The position numbers and the translations under genes are program-made. Under the pieces are notes generated by a model. The model was not told the origin of the DNA, did no database searches, and saw only the letters and a program-made list of their open reading frames with translations. Below, one piece after another: positions 1 through 11,914 of a stretch of 64,000 bases of DNA (its first letter is position 1; every line of letters starts with the position of its first letter). The DNA is taken from contig MU054187.1 in assembly GCA_013239625.1 (NCBI GenBank), forward strand, positions 7,846,358 to 7,910,357, given 5' to 3'. The stretch comes from Lama guanicoe. Its lineage: Eukaryota.

Positions 1-744
1 AGGTAGGCTCTACTCTGCATGTACTACAAAGAATTTGCTCTACTGAGTGTCTCTTTAATTGCTTCAGATTTCCACTCTGTAACAGTTTAGCCAGTTTTAT
101 GCAACTTTTTGATGCCCTAGTCTACGTTTTCGGCTTGTCACAAGAGGAGTAAACAGAGGTGCATTCAATTCCACCTGCTTTGCGTTGGCACACTGCATTT
201 GCAGACAAGTGTAATTGGCAAATACTTCAAAAGCCTGGTGAACTGTGTCCATCAGGAGTCATAGATGGTTTTCCTGTAAGCTGCAGGAGAGAAGTTGCTG
301 GAACAACAAATGCTGGCACCATAAACTAAAATTTTGAATAAACTCAGAATGAAGAGAAGACTCAGAGGCTGAAGAGGATTAAGGTGGCGCATCCGCTTAT
401 ACCAGGTTAGCAGAATCCTTGCCATGGTCCAAGATCGGTGTCATCAGGACAACAAAGAAACCATTACAGAATTCAGTGGGTCTTGGTATGAGTGTTAATG
501 ATTCTCCAAGGGGCATGAACGTGCCCCTTTATGCTTATTCAAATTCCACATCACGTGATGTGTTTGTTGTAGGTCCATGTCGAAAAGTCTAAGCTTGAAT
601 ATGAACTGACCAAACGGCAGTTCCTGACCTCAGTCAATGCTTGTGTGTTTCTGGCACATGCAGGACTAACCCATAACATAGAACCTCAACAAATATGTGA
701 TAGTTTTCATTTTTAAAGTCTTAGCTTTTGATTTTTAAAGTGGG

Positions 745-856
745 TCTAGGAGTACCTGCCTTATGGTCTTCTTGTGAGGAATCCAACAAATATTATCTCA
801 TATGTAAATCCCCTGCCTGGACTGGTACATATTAGGTGCTCAGTCACCAGTGTTAT
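745..856 (+). mobile_element. MIR SINE 3' fragment
   Basis: ttgtgagga...atatgtaaatcccctgcctggactggtacatattaggtgctcag resembles the MIR 3' half; highly diverged. Confidence 0.5.
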
Positions 857-869
857 CCAGCGATCTTTT

Positions 870-1357
870 TACTAAAAGCTACTGTATGCTAAGTACCATA
901 CCAGACTCTGGACATGTAAATTCTATGAGATGTAAATTTAAGAAAAAATAGGCTAGTGAGTGTGTATGAGAAGAGGGGATGGGGGGGGAGATACAATCAA
1001 GAATAGGCTTCCAAATGTTACTGTGATGAAAGTACACGTGATGACAATGACGTCACAGTGGAAGGAGAACTCAGTGATCGCAGAGGGCGAGGTGGGCTCA
1101 GGACCACTTCATTGAGGATGTAATGTCTGAACGTAACAGCTGCATTGCATTTGGTGGGCAGGAAAATAATGAAGAGGATGCTTGACAGATAAAGCAGGGG
1201 GCAAAGGCCCTGCAGGATGAATAGGAGGAGGCATTCAGGAGACAGCAGGCGGTTTAGCAGGGCTGAGCATAATACCCAAGGGATTCAGGAGAGTCCAGAT
1301 TTAGATAGAATCCAGATTTTTGATGCTACATGGAGTCTGAAGTTTTTCCTTACGGGA
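870..1357 (-). mobile_element. L2 LINE, 3' part (antisense)
   Basis: Purine-rich antisense L2 motifs (ctactgtatgctaagtacc, cttcattgaggatgtaatgtctga, gcaaaggccctgcagga); continues after the MLT1 insertion. Confidence 0.65.
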
Positions 1358-1789
1358 TGGTATAGTCAGTTAAGTGGTGACCCACCCCCAGGTTATGTCC
1401 ACCGTCTAGTTCCTAGAGCATGTGATTATTTGCAAAAAGGATCTTTGCAGAGGTAACTAAGGAGATTGGTATGAAACGATCATCCTGGATGTTCCAGATG
1501 GGCTCTCAATCCTTATAAAAGACACATAGAGGAGATTTGACAAACAGAAGAGAAGGGTATGTGGCTGTAGAGGCAGAGACTTGAGGGATGCAGCCACAGA
1601 GCAAGGACCGTCTGGAGCCACCAGAAGCTAGAGGTGGCAACGAAGGGCTCTCCGCTGGAGTCTCTGGAGGGAGCCTGGCCCTGCTGACACTTGGATTTCA
1701 GACTCCAAAACACTGAAAGGATAAATTGCTGTTGTTTTAAGCCACTAAATTTGTGGTAATTTGTCACACAGCCTCAGGAAATTCATTCA
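1358..1789 (+). mobile_element. MaLR solo LTR, MLT1C/MLT1D-like
   Basis: Characteristic MLT1 blocks: aaaaggatctttgcagaggtaa, gccaccagaagctagagg, ccctgctgacacttggatttcagac, ataaattgctgttgttttaagccactaaatttgtggtaatttgt...ggaaattcattca. Confidence 0.9.
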
Positions 1790-2940
1790 GCAGGGATTTC
1801 AGACTGTAAGCAGGATCTTTAAGCAGAATTCTAAGGAGATCGCTGAAGAAGGTAGGAGACGGAGCTCAGAGTGATGTGACTAACAGAGCACTTATTTTAA
1901 ATATCTAGACCAAAAAATGATGGAATTTTAAGCTAAGAGAGTAACCACTGGCATGGACTAAGGGGTAGGGGTTGAAAGTTGGCAAATACTCAAGATGCTG
2001 GAAGCATAGAAGCTTCAGGATGTGTTATGTAGTGTCTGAGAATGAAGGAAAAATTGTTAAAAATTATTCCCTAGATCTAGCTAAGTTGTCTCAGTAAAAG
2101 TGATGCTATTTCCTGGGAGAAGGATTGAGAAGGAAGTAGTGTTCGGCTTCTGAAGTGCCTCCGGACATCAAGGTGGAGAGCGCCAGGAGACAGTTGGGGG
2201 TAAAGGTCTGGCACTCAAGAGAGATAAAGGCTGTAGGTGCTTGTCTGGAATTAACCAGAATACAGGCGGTAACTGAAGCTCAGGGAGGAGATGAAATTGG
2301 TCTGAGAAAGGGTGTAGAGTAAGGTGGAGAGCAGGGTGAAGGCAAGACGCCAGAGAGCATTTGAACCCACGCAGACGTGGGAATGCGTGAGGAAGACTGA
2401 AGAGAAGCAATTGAGAGAGAATAAGAGCAGTTGAGAAACAACGGAGATGATGAAGAGGGGTGGTCAGTGGGGCTGAGTGCCCCGCACTCATCAGGGACTG
2501 GTGAAGAGTGGCTGGATTCAGGCAGTGGCTGTGCTTTAGAGATTTTTTTCCAGAGCAGTTTCCGTGGTGTGGAGAACAATGGAGCTGAGCTGGTGGAAGG
2601 TAAAACGTGGAGGAAACACAGAGATTCTACAGAAGAATATTCTTTAAAGGGCATAAGAGTGTTTATAGCTAGCAGATAAGGACTCAGAAGGATTCAGTAA
2701 AGAAGGGACTAAAACCAGAGGGGAAGTAGGGGCACTAGACGATATAGCTACAGTGAATAGGGAAGAGGTGAGAAGGGGATGGATTTGACAGTCCAGGGAG
2801 GAGTCATGACCCAAAGAAGAGACAGGCCTTTCTAGAAGATGGAAGGAAGATGAGTCTAAGAATAGATTACAGTGTATCTGTGTCATTAGGGAGAAGAGAA
2901 TGAAGGAATTTTCCTTCTTACGGCCTGTTTTTCCTTCTAG
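1790..2940 (-). mobile_element. L2 LINE, ORF2 remnant (antisense), continuation of 870-1357
   Basis: GA-rich antisense L2 motifs (tgaagtgcctccggacatcaaggtggagag, aggtctggcactcaagagaga); minus-strand ORFs 2168-2491 and 2280-2654 have degraded L2-like composition. Confidence 0.75.
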
Positions 2941-3639
2941 TGCTATACATTGGGAAGGGGTCAGCAACAACACCCTTCAGAAGTCTGGCACAAATTCAGA
3001 ATTTTCACAAAAGACCCTGAGCAGAGACTAACCCAACTTAATTTCTCATATCCTTCGTTGACGTTCACTCATCGCAAAACCACCTCTCTGCCAATTCATG
3101 GCCACTCTTCCCTCAAGAATTGACACGAGGGTCACTTCCTGCCTCCTCTGATGGAACCAGGCTCCATGCCGCCCAACCACAGGTTGCACTGTGTCCTAAG
3201 TCAGTGGGCAAATTTTATACTCTGTCCTATTTGTTAAACTGTTCGAGGTTTAAACTATTTTTTACACTCTTTTTTCTTCTTCCTGTGACCCACAAACAGT
3301 GCAGAAACTGAAGATAATTTAGTTGATCATCAGAGACAGTGGCCTCTATCAGTTTGCTGGTTATAGTTCTGGTGTATGTGTTTGGTGTAGGTGTACTTAC
3401 CATAGTGCCCCCTTTCATTCTTGAAACTGCCCTCACTCGGATGATAGTTTATGTGAGAGACCCAGGGGAATTCATTTCCAAGAGAGAACATAGAAGCTGA
3501 GAATTCCATGTTTCCTAGCCTCTTGTAGAGGCTGGGAAAGAGTCGTGCTACCAAACCAAGGGACTGATAGCCAAAGGGGAGGAGGTTGAGATGGCCCTGA
3601 GCTTTTGAAGCCTACAGGATGATACAGTCCACATTCTAC

Positions 3640-3790
3640 TCATAACCCTGTCAGTTCCAGAGTTGTCAGAGAGCTAAAGAGGAATCCAAGATTCAGAGAG
3701 GTTAAGTCAACATGCAAAGCCACACAGCTTGTTAATAATAGAACAAGACTTGGGCCACCATTCATAGACTCTCAAACCTGCCTCTTTCAA
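3640..3790 (-). mobile_element. MIR SINE
   Basis: ggaatccaagattcagagaggttaagtcaacatgcaaagccacacagct matches the MIR core in antisense. Confidence 0.65.
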
Positions 3791-4243
3791 ATAACAATAG
3801 CTCTGGGGAACTCAACTGTGATCAGTCAAAGATCTCTGATATCAAAATGAACAGTTGCCACACTTCCCTTGACTTTACCCATATTTGAAATTTGTCACTG
3901 CTCTTTGCAGGCACTCTGTGCTTTAACAGACGATGGTGAAGAAGTAATTTCAAGGCAGTTAAGATAACTGGGTCTGAACAAAGACTGTGCAGGGCTTTCT
4001 GTTTGTTTGTTTTGTTTTATTACGGACACTGCGAGGTATGTGCCCTCTAGGGAGGATGACGTATTCCTGGCACAGCCTCTCTGTCCCTTTTCACACATGG
4101 CTCTTCTTAGACTCCAGGTCACACTGTAGTTAACAACACCAAGGAGCTCTCTAGAACCCTAAAACAACTCATTCGTAACAAATGAAGTTGCTCAAACTCT
4201 TCCAAGTACAAAAGTAAAAGGATAAATCTTAGACATACCTACC

Positions 4244-4990
4244 TTAGGCACAGTCATCCATTATTGGCAAATAAACTTGATTTGGGAGTGACATGAATTC
4301 ACTGATGAACATTGTGTCTTCCACCAAGCATTTTTTTCGTTCAAATTCCTCACAAAGAGTCCGTTTTCCCATAGCGTTAGCATTGAATGCAATGGCAGTG
4401 ACACCAGAATAATGGCCATCATTGTGATGTATAATATAGATGTTATTGCACAGAATAGAAAGCATTCTTTGGGTGTAATGCGTTTTTGTTGCCTCCATGC
4501 TGACATGGAGCAGATATAAATGTGCGTTAATGTGTTTCCTTTTAAACGGCTAGTGTAGACGCACCCTCGAGTATGCGTTTTGTATCAGGTTTGGTGAGCA
4601 GTTCAGCCTTACGAGCTGCTTTCTCTATCCACTTCAGCATTCCTAATAGTTCTAATTATAAACTGCACAGTTTTCTATTCCTTCCTTGCTGTTCTTTGTC
4701 ATTGCACTGCTCCTAGACATTTAAACAGTGGAAGCTGTTTATAGTTCATTAAACGCTTTAAGCTGTTGTTCTAAAGTTTTACACTTTTTTTTTTTTTTGT
4801 ATTTTCCAAGTCATTTCCCGCTGCTGGCGTATGAAACCATGCACCGCAATTCAATAGAAGACATCAGATGTGCACATTTTGTGGCTAATCGGCAGGGCTA
4901 ACAGCCATAAATGAATCAGGGACCTTGGCTATCAATTTTACATTGTGTTTGGTATGACATTTGACATAGAATGTTTAGATCTTTTTTGTT
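4244..4990. promoter_or_regulatory. Candidate conserved non-coding element / enhancer
   Basis: No ordinary repeat recognisable; retained CpGs; CDX/posterior-HOX motif GCCATAAAA, SOX CATTGTG and TGACA motifs; conservation not tested. Confidence 0.4.
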
Positions 4991-6559
4991 TTTTTTTTAA
5001 TGACCATCCCTAATTTTTTCTAAAGTAGAAATTTTGCTTCTTAAATAAAAACACTGGCCAAAAGGGATAATCAGCTCCTATTATGATACGATATAGCAGA
5101 GAAAGTGTGACTATTGGAAAGCTAAGTATTTTCCTATAATATCACAGTAGGAGGAGACAGGGCAATTACTCCAATATATGACCCACTAGGATGGTATTAC
5201 AGTTTGGAGGAAGAAAGATTTACCGGCCCGAAGGCTGCTGCGGAACGTGCAGGAGACCACAGTGGTCTCAGAAGGTGTCTGTCTCTTTGATTTCTCTTGG
5301 ACAAGTCACACGATGCCTGTCATTTCTGATGTTCTTCTGGAAAAAGTCCTGCGTCAACCTTGGTGTTGGAAGAGTGCATAGAGCGGGCTAATTTAGAATC
5401 CCTTCCCAAAAGCATGACATGCTCTTTCTGTGAAAAATGGAAGTGAGAGATCAGTGATTTATTCTTTGGTGTTCAAACCAATGAAAAGCTGTTCCCCATT
5501 GTGCTAATTTATTAAGCAAAGACTCACGTCCTCACAGTGAACATGCTTAAGACACATGGTTCTGTAGTAGGGACAACAGCAACTTCCCAAGAAGCAGGTT
5601 ATAACTCCCAGAGCAAAATAGGAGGGATGGTGCAGAGAAAAGGAAGCTGTAGGTTAAGGCTGAATTTCCTACCAGTGGTTAATTTGAGGCCCCAGAGGGT
5701 GCCTCCTTCTCTAGGAAGAAGCTAGCTTACTTTCTCGGGAGGGGACGAAGGTACAATTGTGCAGGCAGCCTGCAGTGTGCAGGCCCCTCTCCAGGAGAAC
5801 TGTGTGAAGATTGAGTCTGTCTCCTTCTCCTTCTCATCCATGCAATATTCTTCCTCCCTGACCTTTTTTTCACATTGTCCCTTATTATTATGAGATCAAA
5901 TGATCTCACATGATCTCATAATAAGACCAAAATGATCACAAAATCAATCAATAGGCTTCTCGTGAAAAATTGTAAAATTTTGTATACAACACAAACTAGC
6001 AAATTTCATTTATCAAATATGACTTGTGAACCCTAAGATTTCTGATCCCATATGTATAGTTGGTAACAAATAATTAACTCTGTGAGTGTTGCGCTCCTCA
6101 CTTTAATTTGTATTAATATGTACTTAACAGCACCATTTGCTGACATTATCTGTATGCTTTTTGCATCAATGGAATGATGACTCAAAGTCAAAAAAACCCA
6201 TTTATATTAAAAATCACCATAAGATATAATTTTCGAGAATATATAATTTTTTCCTCAGGAAGCTGGGCTGTATTTCTGCATCTGTCACATTTTTGTATAC
6301 AATCTTGTGACTTTATCCCAGTATCTCTATTTACAAAATGGGGAAGTGAGATCTACTATAACAGCGACATGAGGTCAATCGCATATTTTTCTAGGCATGA
6401 AAGCACCTCGGAAACGATCTACATACATGTATGTTGTTATGATTCTTCAAACTAGTAAACAGAGTTTCCCATTGTGTTAGAGTGCTAATATCAGGCATAG
6501 CTTTGAAGACATGTATTGGAAAGAATCTACGAGAAGCAGCAGCAGAGCTATTTGAAGGG

Positions 6560-6870
6560 TCAGAGCATCGTCGGTGGAAACGAGGCAGCGCGTGCAGCCG
6601 GTCCTCCTGGCCGTGCGTTTCCCCTGGCGTCTGCCCTGCAGGCGCCCCCGCCACCAGCTCTGAGCGGCCCCAGGTGTGTTTCCATCCTCGCACGTCTCAC
6701 CTGCCGGCACACTCTGCCACTAACTTACATTTTATGTTTCTGTCCTCCCCTGCGAGAGCATAACCGCCTTGAGGGCGGGCATTTTGGCCTGTTACTTCCT
6801 GATCTGTTACAAGAGCCGGCAGGAGTGCTCGATGGATAGAAGGTGCTCAGAAGGCATCTGCCGAATGAAC
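6560..6870 (+). mobile_element. L2 3' end, GC-shifted and CpG-rich
   Basis: ctgtcctcccctgcgagagcataaccgccttgagggcggg and the tail gtgctcagaaggcatctgccgaatgaac align to the L2 3' terminus; left boundary uncertain. Confidence 0.6.
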
Positions 6871-7409
6871 ACGTGGACCGTTCAACACTCCTGAGGTTCT
6901 AAAAGGGGCAAGAATTGTTCATGCAAAGGGCATACCAGCAGAAGGGGGGTTTAAGACAAGTTCTGAAGGACAGAAAACAGTGATTCTGAAGGAGACAGTA
7001 ATAGAGGGGAGAGACCTCCGGCCTGGAAGTCCAGCTGGCCCGGACCTTGGGTGTCCAGGGAAGGAGTTCTTTTAAGGAGCATTTGTGGAGCACAGTGTTG
7101 CCTGAGGCTACATGACACCAGGAAGGTAAAGACTGATAAGCTGTGAGTCTAGCTCTCCGGAGGGGCTTGGCCAGTCCTCACTGTGCCTTCCAAGGGTTAT
7201 TCCCCTATGTCTGACACATCACAAAGCTGTCACCTAGATGACTGCCCTGGCCCCGGCCACCACGCTTGCCCCGCCCACACTCCACCTGACCTCCCGCTCA
7301 CCACCAGGGTTTCAAAAGGAAACAACTCACAAATTAGCCTAATTCTCTGGAGTTCTCTTTTCAAAACGACTATTCACAAGGTGGGTGATGGATGTAGGGG
7401 AACCACAGG

Positions 7410-7830
7410 GTCTACTCTCACAACAGCAGCCAGCAACGTCAGTGAATTTCACCCCCTTGCTCAAAACCATACCAAGGCTTCTCATCTCCCTCAGGATAAA
7501 AGCCCAGGGCCTTCCAGGGGCCGCACCTTGGGGTCCTCAGGCTCCTGTCACTTCCTCCCAATCATTCAGCTCCAACCATATCAGCTTCTCTCTGTTCACC
7601 TGGCTTTTTCCTGACTGGAAGGCCCTTCTCCAATTAGTCACAGAACTCCTTCCCTCCTTTTGTTCAGTTTTCTGCTCACCTGTCACTTTATCAGGGAAGC
7701 CGTCCCTGACCACTCACCGTAAAGTAACAATCCCCCACCGCCCCCTCTGACTTCGCCCCCCTTGTCAGCCCTAACCCCCGCCATCACTACTGTAAAGCAG
7801 CGGCTCAATAAATGCTTGTTGAATGAATGC
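7410..7830 (+). mobile_element. L2a 3' end
   Basis: ttgctcaaaacc...tcaggataaaagccc...gggaagccgtccctgaccac; ends in the L2 tail gctcaataaatgcttgttgaatgaatg. Confidence 0.8.
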
Positions 7831-7899
7831 ATCGTTTGTTCCTGACTTTGGATGTTTGATAGTTACATGTAAAGTGTGAACTTTCCACAAGGATAAAGG

Positions 7900-8050
7900 G
7901 TTATAAATGAATTTACATTAAAATGAGAAATGTGACTATTTGGGGGTATTGAGAATTATGAGAAATTTTCTATATTTTTTATATTTAGTTTTTAAGTTTT
8001 CTACAATAAACATAAGTCATTTTTAAATAGTGGGATAAAACTATTATAAA
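7900..8050 (+). mobile_element. L1ME-type 3' UTR fragment
   Basis: gaattatgagaaattttctatattttttatatttag...ttttctacaataaacat resembles old L1ME 3' ends. Confidence 0.5.
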
Positions 8051-8959
8051 AGGAAATTTCTCTTTGAAGCAAATTGCTGTTTGTTATTAATATGTGATAG
8101 AAGATGTAGTTCATTATTTTACTATTTTCTCTCTAAGGTGTTCTGGAAGAAAATGCCATCTGACTTTAGTATCCCATAGAAAGTTATAGTTTGAGCTTTT
8201 GATCTGTTTTTATCTCAAATATAATGTCCATATATCCTTGAACACATAGGCTATTATGAGCCTTGAGTTTCCCTAAAATAGTAAAACTCTGGAAACAACA
8301 TAAATATTCAAATCTAGAAGGTAAGTTAAACCAACACTATGCCCATGTGATAACGATGCATATATGTTTGCAGTTTGTAAAGAGATCCTGAGGTCATACA
8401 ACAAACTGACAAGTATCTCTCTATTCAGAGTGTGACAGTGATGACAGAGGGGAACATTTTTATTAGTTGAATATTTTACAGTGAGCAAGCATTTTATTTT
8501 AATTACAAATTTTATGTATGAAAATCAAATCTGATAACATACACCAAAATGTGAAGAAATGCAAAGATATTCACAATGCTTTAAATGTAAAAGTTTCAAA
8601 ATGGTATATATGGTAAAACATCATTTACAAACATTCCAATAAAGCCTTCACAAGGTAGCTCACATTGGGAACAATGGCTACCTCTGATTGGCATGATTCT
8701 GAAGGAGCTTTATTTTATTTCCTTTCCTTCTATGTGTTTAATAAACATATTTTAATGACCACATCTTTCTTTAATAATAAAAAAAACCTTTTCTAAGTGA
8801 ATTAAATTACAAAGAAAAAATACATAAATTTGTGTGTCTAAAATATAATTAAAACTGAAATGCATAGAACTAAGAATATTTTATTTCATAAAGAGCTCAT
8901 AAGATAGGGAAAGTACCCAAAGACCTCAGCAGATAAACAGTCAAAGACCACAAAAAGAC

Positions 8960-9125
8960 AGTCTCTTTTGAGGACAAATAGCTAGGGATAACATACGGAA
9001 ATAAATATTCATCATTAATCAACAAAATGCAAATTAAGACAAGGTAACTCTTTACAGATTAAATTAGCTAAAAATGTAAATGACTGTCCCCAGGACTTCT
9101 GAAGGAGTAGGAGAACTGCAACCCC
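8960..9125 (+). mobile_element. Old L1 ORF2 3' fragment
   Basis: ttcatcattaatcaacaaaatgcaaattaagaca...aattagctaaaaatgtaaa matches the L1 ORF2 C-terminal region. Confidence 0.5.
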
Positions 9126-9149
9126 CTTGCATTTCTAGATGTGCTCAGC

Positions 9150-9382
9150 CATGGGGCGTCTGTGCAGAGCCCACACTCCGGAGACAGGATGCTTTGGTGC
9201 AGGTCACATCCCACCACTTTCTCACTGTGCAGCCTGGGCGTGGGGTTCAGTCTGTCCGCAGCTGCAAAGCAGGGATGATAACAGGATCTCGTGATGGGTT
9301 CTGTTGGGAGGAGTTAATGAGTCAATGCCCATAAATCTTTTAGAAGAGTAAACACTTAATAAATATTAACTATTCATTATTG
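9150..9382 (+). mobile_element. MIR SINE
   Basis: Full MIR layout ending in gggaggagttaatgagtcaatgcccataaa...cacttaataaatattaactatt. Confidence 0.7.
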
Positions 9383-11914
9383 ACTAAATATCAACCAGGA
9401 TTTCAACAGGAAAACAACACACAAATTAGCCTCACTCAGGGAGGATCTCTTTTCAAAAGGACTGTTCGCAAGGTGTGTGCTGAATGCAGGGAAGCCACAC
9501 GGATGAGGAAACCCAGGTCGAATGACCCGGGACTAACGGTCCACAGGAGTCATGGATGAAAGGAATTACTGAAACACAAAAGAATAGGTAGGTATGAATG
9601 AAAAGGGTCCTGAAGAGGAGAAGAGACCTTCTGTCAAGAGGCACCTCTTAGGTAGGAAGCCAGCAGAATGGGTACCCTCACCTCATTTTTCTCTTTCCTT
9701 CACTGGCCAAGGTCCCCCACTGGCTGAACCCAGCTCTTCGTCTGTCAGGGCGGAGCCGGTTGATGCAGCCCGTGTGGTTCAGCCTCCTGGCACAGACAGC
9801 AGGCTACGGAAGCAAGAGGAGTGGGTCTGGAGTACGCCTGTCCTAGGCCCTCTTTGAGACAGAGGCAGAAAGCAGATTTTGCAGTGCTGTAAATCCCCAC
9901 CAGGCCTTCCTGTCTTCTCCAAGGACGCTTTGGGGAAGCAAATACATTTCTTGTCTTTTCCTCGCAGAGCACCTCTGCCAGTTACTTTCAGTCCTAGCAA
10001 CTTATGGAGCACAAGCCCTGGACATCCAGCCTCTGTGACGCGTCATCAAAGACTTTAAACAGAGCCTCTTTCCAGGGACCAGTCTCACACTCAAACATGC
10101 TGCTGGTTACCCATCACCAGGCTGGGACTGGCATATTTTGAGCAAGTGGTTGAGGGTAGTCAGAGGAAAATATAATGAAATTTGAAGCCCTGTGTAAGAG
10201 AAATGACTGGGAGAGGGGCTAAGAGCCCGTCACCAAGGACAAATGAGGCCATGGCTGATCCACGGTTATTGACCAATAGTTAACTTCTACCATACTGGTG
10301 TACGTTCTTGTCAGGAGCAAATTTCAGGCCTCAGAGTACAAACAAGGAAAGCTTCAAAAAAAGAAAAAAGTGGGAAATTTGGCAGATTAGTGAATATTGA
10401 ATTAAAGAATGTGTATTTAATAAAAATATAGATACCAATAGAAAGTGAATCCATGGCTATAATAGCTGAATAAACTTGAAAAGTAGCTGGAATTCACTGC
10501 TGCACTTCCAGAGAGTTTCGTTTTGTTTCTTCTGCCTGTGAATCTTTTTAGTATCTAAGGAATAAATGGACTAAAAAAATCCAATGAGGAACAGGTGCGT
10601 TAAACTAAAGATAAATTTTCTCTACGCCGTTATATGAAAAGTGTATATGCTTCCTCCACAAAAGCTCTTAGATTTAAAGTACAGCAGAAGATGGTAACAG
10701 GGAAAATGACCAATTTCCAGCTTCTCATTTTCATCCCGGGATGCTTTCTTCTCATCTCCTCACTTTCCTTCTCCCGTTGTCTATTTTTGGCAGCTCCTTT
10801 TCCTCCTCATCTCTGAGTCTTCATTCAGATTGGCTCCCGGAAATGAAAGGAAAGAGGGGGTCTTACAGTATGTCTCCCTCACCCCTGAGACATTTCACGT
10901 TCCCTCTCACTGGGACACTAATGTGCAGAAAAAGCAGACGAGACGCAGCAACACTATGATGGCTGCAATGCTCTGCCGTGTGAGTGAAGCAAGAGGAGAG
11001 GGGATGTAGATCACTTAATAAAACCCAGAACAATTCCAAGGGGAAAGAGCGGCCATCGTCGTCCCTAGTTCAAGTTCTTTTCTCTGGACTTCCCCAGAAA
11101 CAATTTTCTTTTCTTCTTAATTCTAAATTACCAACAATCTAGAATAAAAAGACAAAAATCGTTTTCATCCTACCCATATGCGGGAAAATATTACTGGCTT
11201 CAACTTTGTAAATAGTGGCTTTATTTAGAGTCACTATTGCTGCTTTTATTTCTAAATAATCATCATTATGCGCTTACATTTATTGAAGTAGATTATTAAA
11301 ATGCATAACGTGGTCTTTCCATTAACTCTTTCACATGAATGAGTTGCTATTTAGTAAATTACTATTTCCCGTCACTAAAAGGAAGGGAGCCAGTGGCCTG
11401 AATGATTTTACAAAGTGCCTATTAATAAACACCCAAGGCATATATTAAAATACTAGAATGCAAAGGTCCTTGGGAAGTAGATAAGTGTGTGAACTAGGGT
11501 TTTAAAAAATATGCATTAACACTTTCATGACCCTAGTGTATCATTCAATAAATTCCTCTTCCAGGTTTGAGTAGCACTCTGATTTTCACTTTGTTTCAAT
11601 TTGTGGCAATTTTGCAATGATTTTGCCTGAACCAAGGCTATTTTCACTTCATTGTTTTGTTGGCAAATACCAAGTGATCATTTTTATATCAGGGGTTTTT
11701 GGGTCACATTACTCCATTTTTCATTTCATAGTGTTAGAAGCAGTTGAAGACAGAAAGAACCTATCTAAGACATAGGTGCAAGGTTTTACCTTTTAAAATT
11801 CTCGAGCTATTAATGAACCTAAATGTTGAAAAGCATAATCTATTTAATGCAGTGGTTATCATCCCTTCTTAGATGTTGATAAATCTAAGATTTAATATTT
11901 TTTAGTTCTTAAGT

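Noticed and set aside
4244..4506. Two overlapping minus-strand ORFs (84 and 81 aa) as an exon
   Set aside because: No recognisable protein and no clear acceptor; a donor-like AAG|gtaggt at 4243 alone is insufficient
6638..6660. CTCF site at gcgcccccgccaccag
   Set aside because: Only one half of the CTCF core matches, and it lies in the GC-shifted patch
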